IMG/VR virus record: IMGVR_UViG_3300037067_026376
Span: 17,698-81,697 of that record
Strand: one strand, 5' to 3'
Source of the DNA: a virus
Taxonomy: Duplodnaviria > Caudoviricetes
Length of the DNA: 64,000 nt
The notes below the pieces were generated by a model that was not told the origin of the DNA, made no database searches, and saw nothing but the letters and a program-made list of their open reading frames with translations. The position numbers were made by a program, and so were the translations under genes. How positions within the stretch are numbered: position 1 is the stretch's first letter; every line of letters begins with the position of its first letter. Shown here piece after piece: positions 15,405-24,727 of this stretch.

Positions 15405-15782
15405 TTATTTTTTATTATCTTTTTTCCATTGCTTCCATGCCGTAGCCAGATCAGGCAAAGCTTCCGCGAGAAATTCCGCCGCTTTCATCTTACAATCTGA
15501 AAACTTAGCATGTGTAAAGTTAAATAAATATTGATCATGACTATTGCTTAAATTATCAAAGGCAACATATCTACATTGAATTTTATCATAAAGAAATTCA
15601 TCAAGTTCATGTGTTAAACAATTTATAACTTCGCGCCATTCGCTGTAATCACCGCCTATTTTAATCCTGGGAATAGAACCCGATTCCGGAATAAGATAAA
15701 ATTCTCCGCCTGTGCCTTCTCTCAAAACTAATTGAATTTGATGAAATCCTGCATAATAAACGCCAATTATTTTTTGCTTCAT
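15405..15782 (-). CDS. hypothetical protein
   Basis: 125 aa, coupled to the helicase stop. Confidence 0.6.
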   Translation of the reverse strand: MKQKIIGVYYAGFHQIQLVLREGTGGEFYLIPESGSIPRIKIGGDYSEWREVINCLTHELDEFLYDKIQCRYVAFDNLSNSHDQYLFNFTHAKFSDCKMKAAEFLAEALPDLATAWKQWKKDNKK

Positions 15783-17197
15783 TTGTTCTCCTTCTTTATT
15801 ACCCTTGAATCTAAAATTACTTGTCCTATATCAAGACATTGCAGCACGACCGCTTCATAGGTACCTCTTCTTCTCGCTCTGGTGTCCTTTAATATGTTTA
15901 TTCTCATTATCCCTTGTTCCTGCTCCTCATCGGTTTGATTTAATCCAAAGGCAAGAGTGACATGATTCAATTTCCTGTAATCTTCACTTAAATCGGATTG
16001 TTTTATATCTTTATCCAGGGTATGAACTTTTGTATGAGTTCCGGTAATTACCGCGGCATCCCAATACTGTGCCATACTTCTGTGTCCTGACCATATCTCA
16101 TCAATTTGATGTCTTTTCTCGTCGTTTCTTTTAGCTTTCATTGCGTCAGCATAATCTGTTATTATTACATCGGGAACCCAATTATCAAAATGTCTTAAAT
16201 TTTCAATATGAGAATTTACATCTTCCACAGACATTGTATTCTCCGGAGCATATATTATTTTTAATTTTTTATTTTTTGATATTTTTTTTACAGCATCCAT
16301 TTTTCTCAAGGTTTCGCTAAGTTCTATTGATTTTCTCATTTCCTTACGTTGATGAATCATTCCATTTCTTTCATAATTATAATCAAAAAAGGGAATAGAT
16401 ATTTCTACAGGTCCGCTTTCTCCGGAAGTAGATTCTGTACATCCTGTAATTCTTTTTGCTTGTCTCTTTAAAAAATCTTCTTTAGGTAGTTCAAATAAAA
16501 ATAAAATAGTGTTATTCCCACTTAATAAAGATAAAAAACCTATCTCCTGAAGCCACATCGACTTCCCCCTAGCGGCTGGTCCTGATACAGCCATAAAATC
16601 TTTTCTTTTCGCCGGTCTTATGAATTTTCCTAATTCTCCGGGAAATGAGAATAAAGAATCATCACCATCTATAAATCTGAGAGCATTTGTCATTTCATTG
16701 ACATCTTCAAATACATCTATACCGGCATGTATATTCTTTTCCACCCTCTGATACGCGGATACGACGGCCTCAGCCTGAACGTAATCCGCTCTCAACCTGT
16801 ATCCGCGTATCTTTTCTTCAAGAGATAAAAGACTCGCATCTTTAAAGAATTCAAGAGCACGATCAGCGTAATATTCCACATTATATTTTTTGTTCTCCTC
16901 GACATATTTATCGTTTATTCTTTCGAGAAAAATAGAAATTGTTTCAGCTTTATTAGGATCCGGAATTTTTATCTTTTCCGATTCAAATATAGATTTTATA
17001 TCAGTAAGAGGAGCTTTATCATATTTCAGGTAATAATCCATGCACCACTTCGCAACAGTTCTGGTATAGAACTGACCAAAAAATTCCTGTCTATACACTT
17101 TCTGTATCTGTTTTATAAACTCGGAGGATATTATCATGCCCAGAACGATATTATTTTCTTCACTGTCTTCTGGAACTACTCTCTCAAATTTCGGCAT
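15779..17197 (-). CDS. DnaB-like replicative helicase
   Basis: Walker A GPAARGKS, FELP, IITDYAD, TGTH/Q-like motif, SEDYRKLNHV, RINILKDTR. Confidence 0.8.
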   Translation of the reverse strand: MPKFERVVPEDSEENNIVLGMIISSEFIKQIQKVYRQEFFGQFYTRTVAKWCMDYYLKYDKAPLTDIKSIFESEKIKIPDPNKAETISIFLERINDKYVEENKKYNVEYYADRALEFFKDASLLSLEEKIRGYRLRADYVQAEAVVSAYQRVEKNIHAGIDVFEDVNEMTNALRFIDGDDSLFSFPGELGKFIRPAKRKDFMAVSGPAARGKSMWLQEIGFLSLLSGNNTILFLFELPKEDFLKRQAKRITGCTESTSGESGPVEISIPFFDYNYERNGMIHQRKEMRKSIELSETLRKMDAVKKISKNKKLKIIYAPENTMSVEDVNSHIENLRHFDNWVPDVIITDYADAMKAKRNDEKRHQIDEIWSGHRSMAQYWDAAVITGTHTKVHTLDKDIKQSDLSEDYRKLNHVTLAFGLNQTDEEQEQGIMRINILKDTRARRRGTYEAVVLQCLDIGQVILDSRVIKKENK

Positions 17198-17530
17198 TCA
17201 GTGATCCCTTTTATTGTTTATTTTAAATATTATTTTTTTTCACATACCACTTCATGAAATCATTAAAAGAATCGAATTCATAAACTCACATATTATGCTT
17301 TTTTACTTTCCATTTTTAGTTCTGTATATTTAGCGCTGCATTTTTTATCGCTATGACTGTAAATTATTTCATATTTTGTTTCAACAACCTTATCATAAAT
17401 TATATGACAGAGGTTACACTTTTTTATTTTATTGTTCATGAAAATTTGTTTAGCCACCAGACTGCATTAAATCAACGTAGTGAAGTTTCGTTATTTTGGG
17501 GTATCATTGTTTATTTCTAATGTAGATCCC

Positions 17531-17905
17531 TCATTTCTTTGAGTTTTTCCATGTATCCTTGTCATTAAACGGGCAATCACTGATATTATTTGTTTTCTTG
17601 TTGATGATATCTATTAATTGTTCTGTAGTTATCATGCCGGTATGTCCTACCCCAACATAATAATTGCAATCACCGCCTAATTCCTTGTTATAATTAGGTT
17701 TATGATTACTAAACCTTATTTTAAATTTTTTATCGCCTTTTTTCAGATAAAGATATTTTGATACCGTACTCTTTGATTCCTGCATGTCAACACTGAACCC
17801 CATATCTAACATCGCTTCTGAAAATTGTATCCATTTCGGAACGGGATAACCCTTAATCAGATAGTTTGGTTTTATGCTATCCAGATATTTTTGACTTAGG
17901 TCCAT
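17531..17905 (-). CDS. conserved phage hypothetical protein
   Basis: SKSTVSKYLYL...KIRFSNH motif. Confidence 0.6.
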   Translation of the reverse strand: MDLSQKYLDSIKPNYLIKGYPVPKWIQFSEAMLDMGFSVDMQESKSTVSKYLYLKKGDKKFKIRFSNHKPNYNKELGGDCNYYVGVGHTGMITTEQLIDIINKKTNNISDCPFNDKDTWKNSKK

Positions 17906-19375
17906 TTACGCCTCTACCATAGCTGAATCATGAGATTTATTAAAAATACTCTGTACCCAGTTCCTTTCCTCTTCCGCTCTTTCTAATTCTTTATCAAAAG
18001 CGCTATCATTTTGTTTCCTCAACCGCACCTCATCTAGAAATTTATCGCTGGGGTTAAGATCGTAGTCGCCGCCATACTCCTTCTTTATCCACATGATATA
18101 ATTCTTCCATCTCCATTTGATATAATTGATCTGGAATAAACCGTTATCACTATACATATCGGATAAAAACTTAATATGCATGTCAAAAAATTTATTCTCT
18201 CTGATTTTTGATGGATTCAATATGTCTTTTACCCTTTCCCTGTATTCCTTTTCCCTGCGGATCACAAAATTGACGCACTGTATGAGTTCCTGCGCCTCCG
18301 TCGCATTCAAATCCTTCCCCCTGAAAAAAGAAGCGCGGTATTTTGATACTATTTCCGGATCGAGGGGTTGCTCTTTACGCTTACCTTGAAAATTCTTTTT
18401 AACCTTGGTAAGAAAAATAGATTTATGGGTATAATCATTAAATAAGAAATTATTACAATCCGGAGGTAATTTATCTTGAAAACTCCCGTATTCTCCGGCA
18501 AGGACATCGTCATAAATATCTATGGCGTCTATGATCTCTTCGGGAGTCCATTTCTGATAGAGATCTCTGCGAGATACTTTATTTTGTGATAGGTAATCTT
18601 TATCAAAATTGTATATTCTCCCAAAATTACCAGTAAGCAGCATACAAAATTTTTTAGCGGCATCGTTATAAACCTTGGTTCCAGAGCGATGACTTTTTAT
18701 AAAATTTTTATTTTCTGCAATATAATTCAAAAATCTCCACCCCTCCTCAAAAGCGGGGTCGGGCGGCGTCTCCTTCCTAGGATTCTTTTTAGCGGAAGGA
18801 ATTTCATTTGTTTTTATATCTTCGGGAATGATTTGATCATTGTTTAATGTTCCTTCCGCAGGAAGGACATTACTAGATACTTTAGTATCTATATTCTTTA
18901 TGTTATTATTATATATGTTGTTATTAATATAGTCGCTCTCAGCTTCTCCCAGAGTCGGTTCTGCCTTCTCCCAGAGTCGGTTATTTCGACCTTCGCAAAT
19001 TTTTATTTTTGTACATAAATCAGAAAGATCTAATGTATATTTATTATGTTGCTTCATTGGATCATTTGGATATAATTTTGATTTTTTTAAGATACCTAAA
19101 AATTCCGCGTCTTTGATAGCATTAATAACAATATCTCTTCCGATTTCTAAATCTTCAGCAATTGTATTTATTTTGGGAAAACAATCGTCAACCCCTTTCC
19201 CTGTATAAGATAGCATATATGCCAACACTAATTTTACCCATTTCCCGCGTTTATTATTTTTATCTGGGTTATCGATATCGACTAAAATATCATTTAATTT
19301 CAGTCTCATTAATTTTTTAGGTATTATTCCATAACCATCTTCAAGTATACCGGATAATTCTATTGTGTTTTCCAT
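17906..19375 (-). CDS. replication initiator (lambda O/DnaD-like, N-terminal winged HTH)
   Basis: GYGIIPKKLMR, KLVLAYMLSY...CFPKINTIAEDLEIGRDIVINAIK; Asn-rich linker with DNA repeats; upstream of the helicase. Confidence 0.7.
   Translation of the reverse strand: MENTIELSGILEDGYGIIPKKLMRLKLNDILVDIDNPDKNNKRGKWVKLVLAYMLSYTGKGVDDCFPKINTIAEDLEIGRDIVINAIKDAEFLGILKKSKLYPNDPMKQHNKYTLDLSDLCTKIKICEGRNNRLWEKAEPTLGEAESDYINNNIYNNNIKNIDTKVSSNVLPAEGTLNNDQIIPEDIKTNEIPSAKKNPRKETPPDPAFEEGWRFLNYIAENKNFIKSHRSGTKVYNDAAKKFCMLLTGNFGRIYNFDKDYLSQNKVSRRDLYQKWTPEEIIDAIDIYDDVLAGEYGSFQDKLPPDCNNFLFNDYTHKSIFLTKVKKNFQGKRKEQPLDPEIVSKYRASFFRGKDLNATEAQELIQCVNFVIRREKEYRERVKDILNPSKIRENKFFDMHIKFLSDMYSDNGLFQINYIKWRWKNYIMWIKKEYGGDYDLNPSDKFLDEVRLRKQNDSAFDKELERAEEERNWVQSIFNKSHDSAMVEA
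18943..18982. repeat. two 18-bp direct repeats (cttctcccagagtcggtt), 22-bp period; candidate origin iterons
   Basis: Exact copies at 18943-18960 and 18965-18982, beside an AT-rich tract, inside the initiator gene. Confidence 0.7.
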
Positions 19376-19390
19376 ATTTTTACTCTCCTT

Positions 19391-19819
19391 TTATCTTAAG
19401 CAATCATCAAAATCTACATCGTCATTTATTGTTTTTCCGTTTTTTAAATCCTCTATCGAATCTAAATAAAAAGGTCCTTGTGTTAAACATTTGTCGAGAT
19501 CCGGGAGATAATCTTTGACATCATCTATAATTGGCGGGAATTTATTATATTTCGGTTTATGTCTGGAAATATAAAAAAGTTCTTTGATGCAGCAATCTAT
19601 ATGAGAACTGGTTAATTCATAACAAAAAGAAAAAGCATTTTTTTCATAAAAAGATTGCATCATTCTGTTCCCTAAATTATTGCTCTTCCCTATATAAATT
19701 ATTTCATCACTGTATGGATTCTCTTCTTTAGATTCATCCATTAAAAAATATACTCCATTTTTACCTTTTAAAAGATGAATAAGTTTTTTTATTTCTGGAT
19801 TAAAATCATATCCTTCCAT
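19391..19819 (-). CDS. GIY-YIG nuclease-like protein
   Basis: GVYFLM...IIYIGKSNNLGNR...E...KPKYN. Confidence 0.75.
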   Translation of the reverse strand: MEGYDFNPEIKKLIHLLKGKNGVYFLMDESKEENPYSDEIIYIGKSNNLGNRMMQSFYEKNAFSFCYELTSSHIDCCIKELFYISRHKPKYNKFPPIIDDVKDYLPDLDKCLTQGPFYLDSIEDLKNGKTINDDVDFDDCLR

Positions 19820-19987
19820 TGCTTTCTCCTTTGCCTATAAAATAAAAAAGCCCTTCTACCTGTTGCCGTGGGCTCTGAATGCCGGACAAGCGATTACATT
19901 CAGACAGCAACATATAGAAAAGCTCTTAAATAAAATACCATTTACTTGTCCTTGATTAAAATTACTCCGGCCCCACAGAGTAATTTT

Positions 19988-20016
19988 AAGTTAAGGAAAT
20001 ATTATTCAGATGTCAA
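19988..20016 (-). promoter_or_regulatory. sigma70-like promoter
   Basis: TTGACA-17 nt-TAACTT on the minus strand. Confidence 0.5.
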
Positions 20017-20688
20017 CAAATATTTTGACCACTGCGAACTCATGGCCTCCGCGATTCCAGAGAAAGTGAGTGATCTTATCTTTGATCTGTTTTTTGATGT
20101 GGGCAAAAAATCTAAATGATTTTTAGACCTTTTTGAAAGAACAGGATTATAATGAGTAAGGCTGTATTTTTTATTTTTCGCTATTAAATATTCCGGAGTT
20201 ACAATTTTTGTGGATATCAACAGTGGTAATCCTTTGATCCATAAACATGTGGATTTTGTTTCAGGATGTCCGAACATCCATGGTTGGATGATTTGATCCG
20301 GTTTTCTTAAAACTGTACTCATGCATCCTGTTGGATTTTCAATACATTTATGTGGAATGTCGCAATAATACAATTTTTTAAAAAAATCAATAGCTTCGAG
20401 TCTGGCTTTCCTTCGCTCCTGTCCTACTAAAACGCCTGATTTACGCGCAGGTTGGTCTTTTAACCATTTATTAGCTGTATTAGTGAGATAAGTACAAGGC
20501 GGATGAAAAATACCTAAATCCCAGCCATCATCAAGATGTTTTAAAACATCATCCTGTATATGCCATTCCGGATGACCTCCCTCCGCCGGGATAATGTCGC
20601 AGGAATAAGCCTCGTGTCCTTTATCCCGAAAAGCCTTTGTTACTATTTGACTGAATTCACATCCTATTAAGACTTTAAGTTTTTTCAT
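20002..20688 (-). CDS. phage C5-cytosine DNA methyltransferase-like protein
   Basis: KVLIGCEFS...AYSCDI, FHPPCTYL, CIENP, QPWMFGH, K.TCLW, RSLTFSGIAEAMSSQW; likely start MKKL at 20688. Confidence 0.75.
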   Translation of the reverse strand: MKKLKVLIGCEFSQIVTKAFRDKGHEAYSCDIIPAEGGHPEWHIQDDVLKHLDDGWDLGIFHPPCTYLTNTANKWLKDQPARKSGVLVGQERRKARLEAIDFFKKLYYCDIPHKCIENPTGCMSTVLRKPDQIIQPWMFGHPETKSTCLWIKGLPLLISTKIVTPEYLIAKNKKYSLTHYNPVLSKRSKNHLDFLPTSKNRSKIRSLTFSGIAEAMSSQWSKYLLTSE

Positions 20689-20962
20689 TTTTTTAGTAAA
20701 GGTCCCCGCCCGGGTAATTATAAAGGGTTGTAAAGTGTAGTTATTTTGTGAGGTCCCGGGCGGGATCACCAATATGTATTGGTACTTTATATATCGGATA
20801 AAATCTATAAAAAGTCAATATTTTTTTTACTTAATATGAAGCCACCCGGCAGCTTCCTGTTCTGCCGGGTGGTTACTGCAATTCATTGTTTTTTTGAACT
20901 TAAATTATCTCTATATCCTTTTTAAAATTAAATTTAATAACGCCTCTACTGAGTGCGTGACT

Positions 20963-21496
20963 TTATAAGTCCTTAAAAATACTATCGAATTTATCAGCCA
21001 ACTTAGGATAAACTGTCTTAAGCGTATTTTTATATTCTGCACTTGTATCATTTAATTTTCCATTTATAACTAAATCAAAATCTGGAATCCATTTTTCAGG
21101 AACTTTGAATATCCAGTAAGCAAACGTGGAATCAAAGTCATCATCATAATCCTCTAAGTATTCAGGCATATTTTGCATTTCATTATTTTGTTCTAAATAG
21201 CTTTCTCTGTTTCCTCCTCCTGTCCTCGTATAAATTGTTATTACTTTTTCAGTAACATTATTCTTTTTTAATGGAATTCCGAATTGATCCATTTCTGTAT
21301 CTGAATTATTCGCACGTCCTGCAAAACAATCCCGGAATCTTGGATATTCATCAGGATGCTTTCCAAGCATTGGTAATATAAAAAATGTAGCAGGGTTCGC
21401 ACCATTTATTAAATTGTATAAACTCATTCTCTTTACTCCTTCGTTATAATTAAACATCAATCTGATGTTATAAAGCCTTCCTGTAAAGCCTGCCAC
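20963..21496 (-). CDS. conserved phage hypothetical protein
   Basis: YPRFRDC...IYTRTGGGNR...DDDFDSTFA; true start is probably the internal MSLYN. Confidence 0.6.
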   Translation of the reverse strand: MAGFTGRLYNIRLMFNYNEGVKRMSLYNLINGANPATFFILPMLGKHPDEYPRFRDCFAGRANNSDTEMDQFGIPLKKNNVTEKVITIYTRTGGGNRESYLEQNNEMQNMPEYLEDYDDDFDSTFAYWIFKVPEKWIPDFDLVINGKLNDTSAEYKNTLKTVYPKLADKFDSIFKDL

Positions 21497-21659
21497 ATCC
21501 TTCTTTTTTACATATCCAATATTTATTTTTATTCATATTTATAAGATTCACAGGTGAAAGATTTCCATTTTTATCAGTTTTAACGATCCTTATTTCATCT
21601 CCTTCATTTGCTATAAATTCATCCATTTCATTTCCACATTTATCACATAATAATGTCAT
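21468..21659 (-). CDS. small zinc-finger protein
   Basis: CDKC...CKKEGC. Confidence 0.5.
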   Translation of the reverse strand: MTLLCDKCGNEMDEFIANEGDEIRIVKTDKNGNLSPVNLINMNKNKYWICKKEGCGRLYRKAL

Positions 21660-21660
21660 C

Positions 21661-22176
21661 TTATCCCTCCTGTTCTCCTGATAATAAAATAACTGTTTTA
21701 TAATCTATATCATATGCTTTAGCGGTTTGTTCATCGTTCCACTCTTCAATAAATTTATAGAGTTTTTCCACATTCACTATATCGTCAAAGTCTTCATACA
21801 TCTGTTCTTCGGCGTTTTCTAAGGCAGAGTCAATATTAACTTTAAACTGATGCTCAGTGCATCCCCATGCCCATGTCGGAATATCGGTATCATCATTCAA
21901 TTCATAAAATTCAAGTAAGTCTTCATAGTCTCTAAAGTATTTATCATATCTATCATCATATAAATATTCTAATTTATAATCAGAGTATTTAATTTTATTT
22001 GCTTTTTCATATTTTATTTTAGCAGAACATTTTTCACATTGTAAATGGTACTGTTTTAATTCTACTCCGCATATATTGCATTTACAGGGTTCACAACATT
22101 TGTCTGCAAGTTCTTTGTCAAAAGATATTTTGCTGCAAATTGAACATTGGTATACTTCTATTTTTTTTGAGTTCAT
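21661..22176 (-). CDS. Cys-rich hypothetical protein
   Basis: YQCSIC...CCEPCKCNICG...CEKC. Confidence 0.6.
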   Translation of the reverse strand: MNSKKIEVYQCSICSKISFDKELADKCCEPCKCNICGVELKQYHLQCEKCSAKIKYEKANKIKYSDYKLEYLYDDRYDKYFRDYEDLLEFYELNDDTDIPTWAWGCTEHQFKVNIDSALENAEEQMYEDFDDIVNVEKLYKFIEEWNDEQTAKAYDIDYKTVILLSGEQEG

Positions 22177-22187
22177 ATCTGTTCTCC

Positions 22188-22910
22188 TTATACTTGATCA
22201 ATTACTAATGTTTCGCATAAAATGCCACAATCATCAACTATAGGCGGAGTATGTCGTCCTGATTCTGGATCGAGTTCATCAAGATAAATTCCCTTGATGC
22301 AAGTGCCATGAATAAGTCTTTCCATTTCTGCACGTTTTTTAAAAACTTCCGGGAAATCAATTCTTATATGATTCCAATATCCTTTTCCACCTTTAACGCA
22401 TCCAATACAATTGTTATTATTATATCCAAGGTCATACATTACTGGACGCTTTATATTATTTGCTTTTAAAATTTCATGTGCTTTTTGTTTTGTAATATTA
22501 TTTTCTATTAATGGAAAAATATGTTTCTGCCCCGGCATGGATTCAAGAATCCTATCGGCTCTATTTTTTTCGTTACAATCCAAACCCCAAATATAAATTA
22601 GCGATTCAATCTGTTCAATTTCCCATTCTTTCCTGACACGTCTTTTTAAAAATTTTGTACAAGCTGCCCCAGCTACACCATTTATATATCCTCTGCCGCC
22701 AGACATTCTACATGCATTTTCAACCGATTTATATGGCGATTGTAATATTTCTATTTCTTTTCCAAACCATTTTTCACAATCTTTTATAAATCTTAGAGTA
22801 TCAGGATGTTGATCGTCTATATGAGTGTAAATTATTTTATCTATTTCATTTATTTTTAGTTTTGTTGCAACCGCAGAAGATACTCCAGCGGAAAACCATG
22901 ATACAACCAT
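22188..22910 (-). CDS. PAPS-reductase-family (PP-loop) protein
   Basis: SWFSAGVSSAVA, HPDTLRF, ACTKFLK, GYNNNNCIGCVKGG.GYW. Confidence 0.8.
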   Translation of the reverse strand: MVVSWFSAGVSSAVATKLKINEIDKIIYTHIDDQHPDTLRFIKDCEKWFGKEIEILQSPYKSVENACRMSGGRGYINGVAGAACTKFLKRRVRKEWEIEQIESLIYIWGLDCNEKNRADRILESMPGQKHIFPLIENNITKQKAHEILKANNIKRPVMYDLGYNNNNCIGCVKGGKGYWNHIRIDFPEVFKKRAEMERLIHGTCIKGIYLDELDPESGRHTPPIVDDCGILCETLVIDQV

Positions 22911-23150
22911 ATCTATTCTCCTGATACTTGATTGACAACTTTAGTAAATTCATCACTATAAAATTGGTCTGGATCATCTACAATATTTCTTTAACACTTC
23001 CAGCATCAACTTATTTTGTTCTTCGAGATAGTTAATGTATTTCTTGCATGTATCCAATTTATCAGGATGAGCAGTGCAAAATATTCCATAACATTCTTCT
23101 TTGCATTCTACTTTTTCAAATACTTCTCTTGATGTATTCATATTGACCCC

Positions 23151-23672
23151 TTATATTTTATTTAAACATGCAAATTCACCAGAATATTTAATTGCAGCCT
23201 TGTTATATGCTTTTGCGGCTTGTAGTTTATTATTATATAGTCCTAAATAAATTTCTATATTATTTATTCTTATATGACTTTGCCATTTATTAGATGCTTT
23301 ATGCCAAGATACACCTTTGTAGCCAGATATATTATTTTTTGGCATTTTCATATTTTTTGAATTTTCAGCATGTGTACATATTCTTAAATTTTTCTTTTGA
23401 TTATCTAATGTATTATGATTAATATGATCTATTATAATTTTAGAATCTACAATATCTAAAATCAATCGATGTAACTTTAAATGTTTTTTATCTTTTTTAT
23501 TGGTTATGCAATAAAAATTTTTTATATGTGGGCTATAGTTTACATGCCATTTAAAATAATTAATTTTATTCCAATCCTCCGAATCAATTACAACTTCTTT
23601 ATTTCCATATTTCTTAGATATAATAAGAAATTTTAATACTTTATCGTCTTGATATATTATCTTATTTATCAT
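23151..23672 (-). CDS. HNH endonuclease with AP2 domain
   Basis: LHRLI...IDHINHNTLDN..NLRICT...N; SGYKGVSW...YLGLY...AAKAYN. Confidence 0.85.
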   Translation of the reverse strand: MINKIIYQDDKVLKFLIISKKYGNKEVVIDSEDWNKINYFKWHVNYSPHIKNFYCITNKKDKKHLKLHRLILDIVDSKIIIDHINHNTLDNQKKNLRICTHAENSKNMKMPKNNISGYKGVSWHKASNKWQSHIRINNIEIYLGLYNNKLQAAKAYNKAAIKYSGEFACLNKI

Positions 23673-23673
23673 T

Positions 23674-23964
23674 TTATTTCTCCATCTTTTGGATTAACTG
23701 TTTATTATTATTAAGATCTAAATCAGGTTCCCAATTATTATCAAAAAAGTTTTCCACTGGTTCTTCATTACCATTTAAATGCCATCCTATTATTTTTAAA
23801 TTTTGTCCATAAAGAGAAGATTGAATATTTTCCAATGTACTGTTTGTTATCTTTAACGCTTCCATCAATTCTGCCTTTTGTCGTTCCAGAATTGTTATCA
23901 CGCATTCTTCAGGATAATTCAATCTTTTCGGGCAGTCTTTACAATAGAATTGATTACATGTCAT
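23674..23964 (-). CDS. small paralogue family member (QKMEK C-terminus)
   Basis: QKAELMEALK...LIQKMEK. Confidence 0.55.
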   Translation of the reverse strand: MTCNQFYCKDCPKRLNYPEECVITILERQKAELMEALKITNSTLENIQSSLYGQNLKIIGWHLNGNEEPVENFFDNNWEPDLDLNNNKQLIQKMEK

Positions 23965-23965
23965 T

Positions 23966-24220
23966 TTATTTCTCCATCTTTTGGATTAAATTATCCACAA
24001 CCGAAAATTCACAGTTTATTTTGTTGTCATAAAATGGGCATATCCCATTACAATCATAACAATAATGTTTTTTTATTGTTTTATCGATTCGTTTTAAAGA
24101 TGCAAGCAACTCCGCCTTATCCGCTTCCAGCTTCTTTTGTATTAATTTTTCCATTTCTCGAAATTTACTTTCAGTAATAGGTATATCGTTTTCTGATATA
24201 AAATTTCTTAATTCGTTCAT
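23966..24220 (-). CDS. small paralogue family member (QKMEK C-terminus)
   Basis: LEADKAELLASLK...LIQKMEK. Confidence 0.55.
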   Translation of the reverse strand: MNELRNFISENDIPITESKFREMEKLIQKKLEADKAELLASLKRIDKTIKKHYCYDCNGICPFYDNKINCEFSVVDNLIQKMEK

Positions 24221-24221
24221 T

Positions 24222-24491
24222 TTATTTTTCCTCCATCTTTTGTACTATTTGATTTAATAATTTATGAAATGTGGAAGTTGGTCTGATTGAATTAAGTTTA
24301 TTTCTATTCAAATATTCTGCAATTTCCTTTGATAGATTTAATAGTTCTGCATTATCCGCTTCCAGCTTTGCTATCATGGATTGTTCTTGAGCTAAAATCG
24401 CATTAGTCATATCATCAGGCCAGTCTTGATTACCTTCTATGCAACCAAGAATTATGGTTTTTATTTCTGCTTTACGCTTTTCCCAGTTCAT
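24222..24491 (-). CDS. small paralogue family member (QKMEEK C-terminus)
   Basis: LEADNAELLNLSK...IVQKMEEK. Confidence 0.55.
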   Translation of the reverse strand: MNWEKRKAEIKTIILGCIEGNQDWPDDMTNAILAQEQSMIAKLEADNAELLNLSKEIAEYLNRNKLNSIRPTSTFHKLLNQIVQKMEEK

Positions 24492-24727
24492 ACTTATATC
24501 TGCTTGTTATTTAATGTCCCTGTCATATATAATACATTTTATATTTTATTGTTTTTTCCATATTTTGATTTATGCAATATCTAAAATTTTATCAAGAATT
24601 CGTAATAAAGTTTCAGTATCTATCTCATTTGGCAATCTGCTATTTGTAGATTTTCCAGCACATTCTTTTTTTTCGCAATGTCCGCAAATACCCATCTCTT
24701 ATTTAAATTTAGAATATGCTTTATATA

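Noticed and set aside
20840-20874. Twister-sister ribozyme suggested by ATGAAGC…GGTTAC around a strong hairpin
   Set aside because: The remaining helices and junction residues are not evident; a simple terminator or stabilising hairpin explains it.
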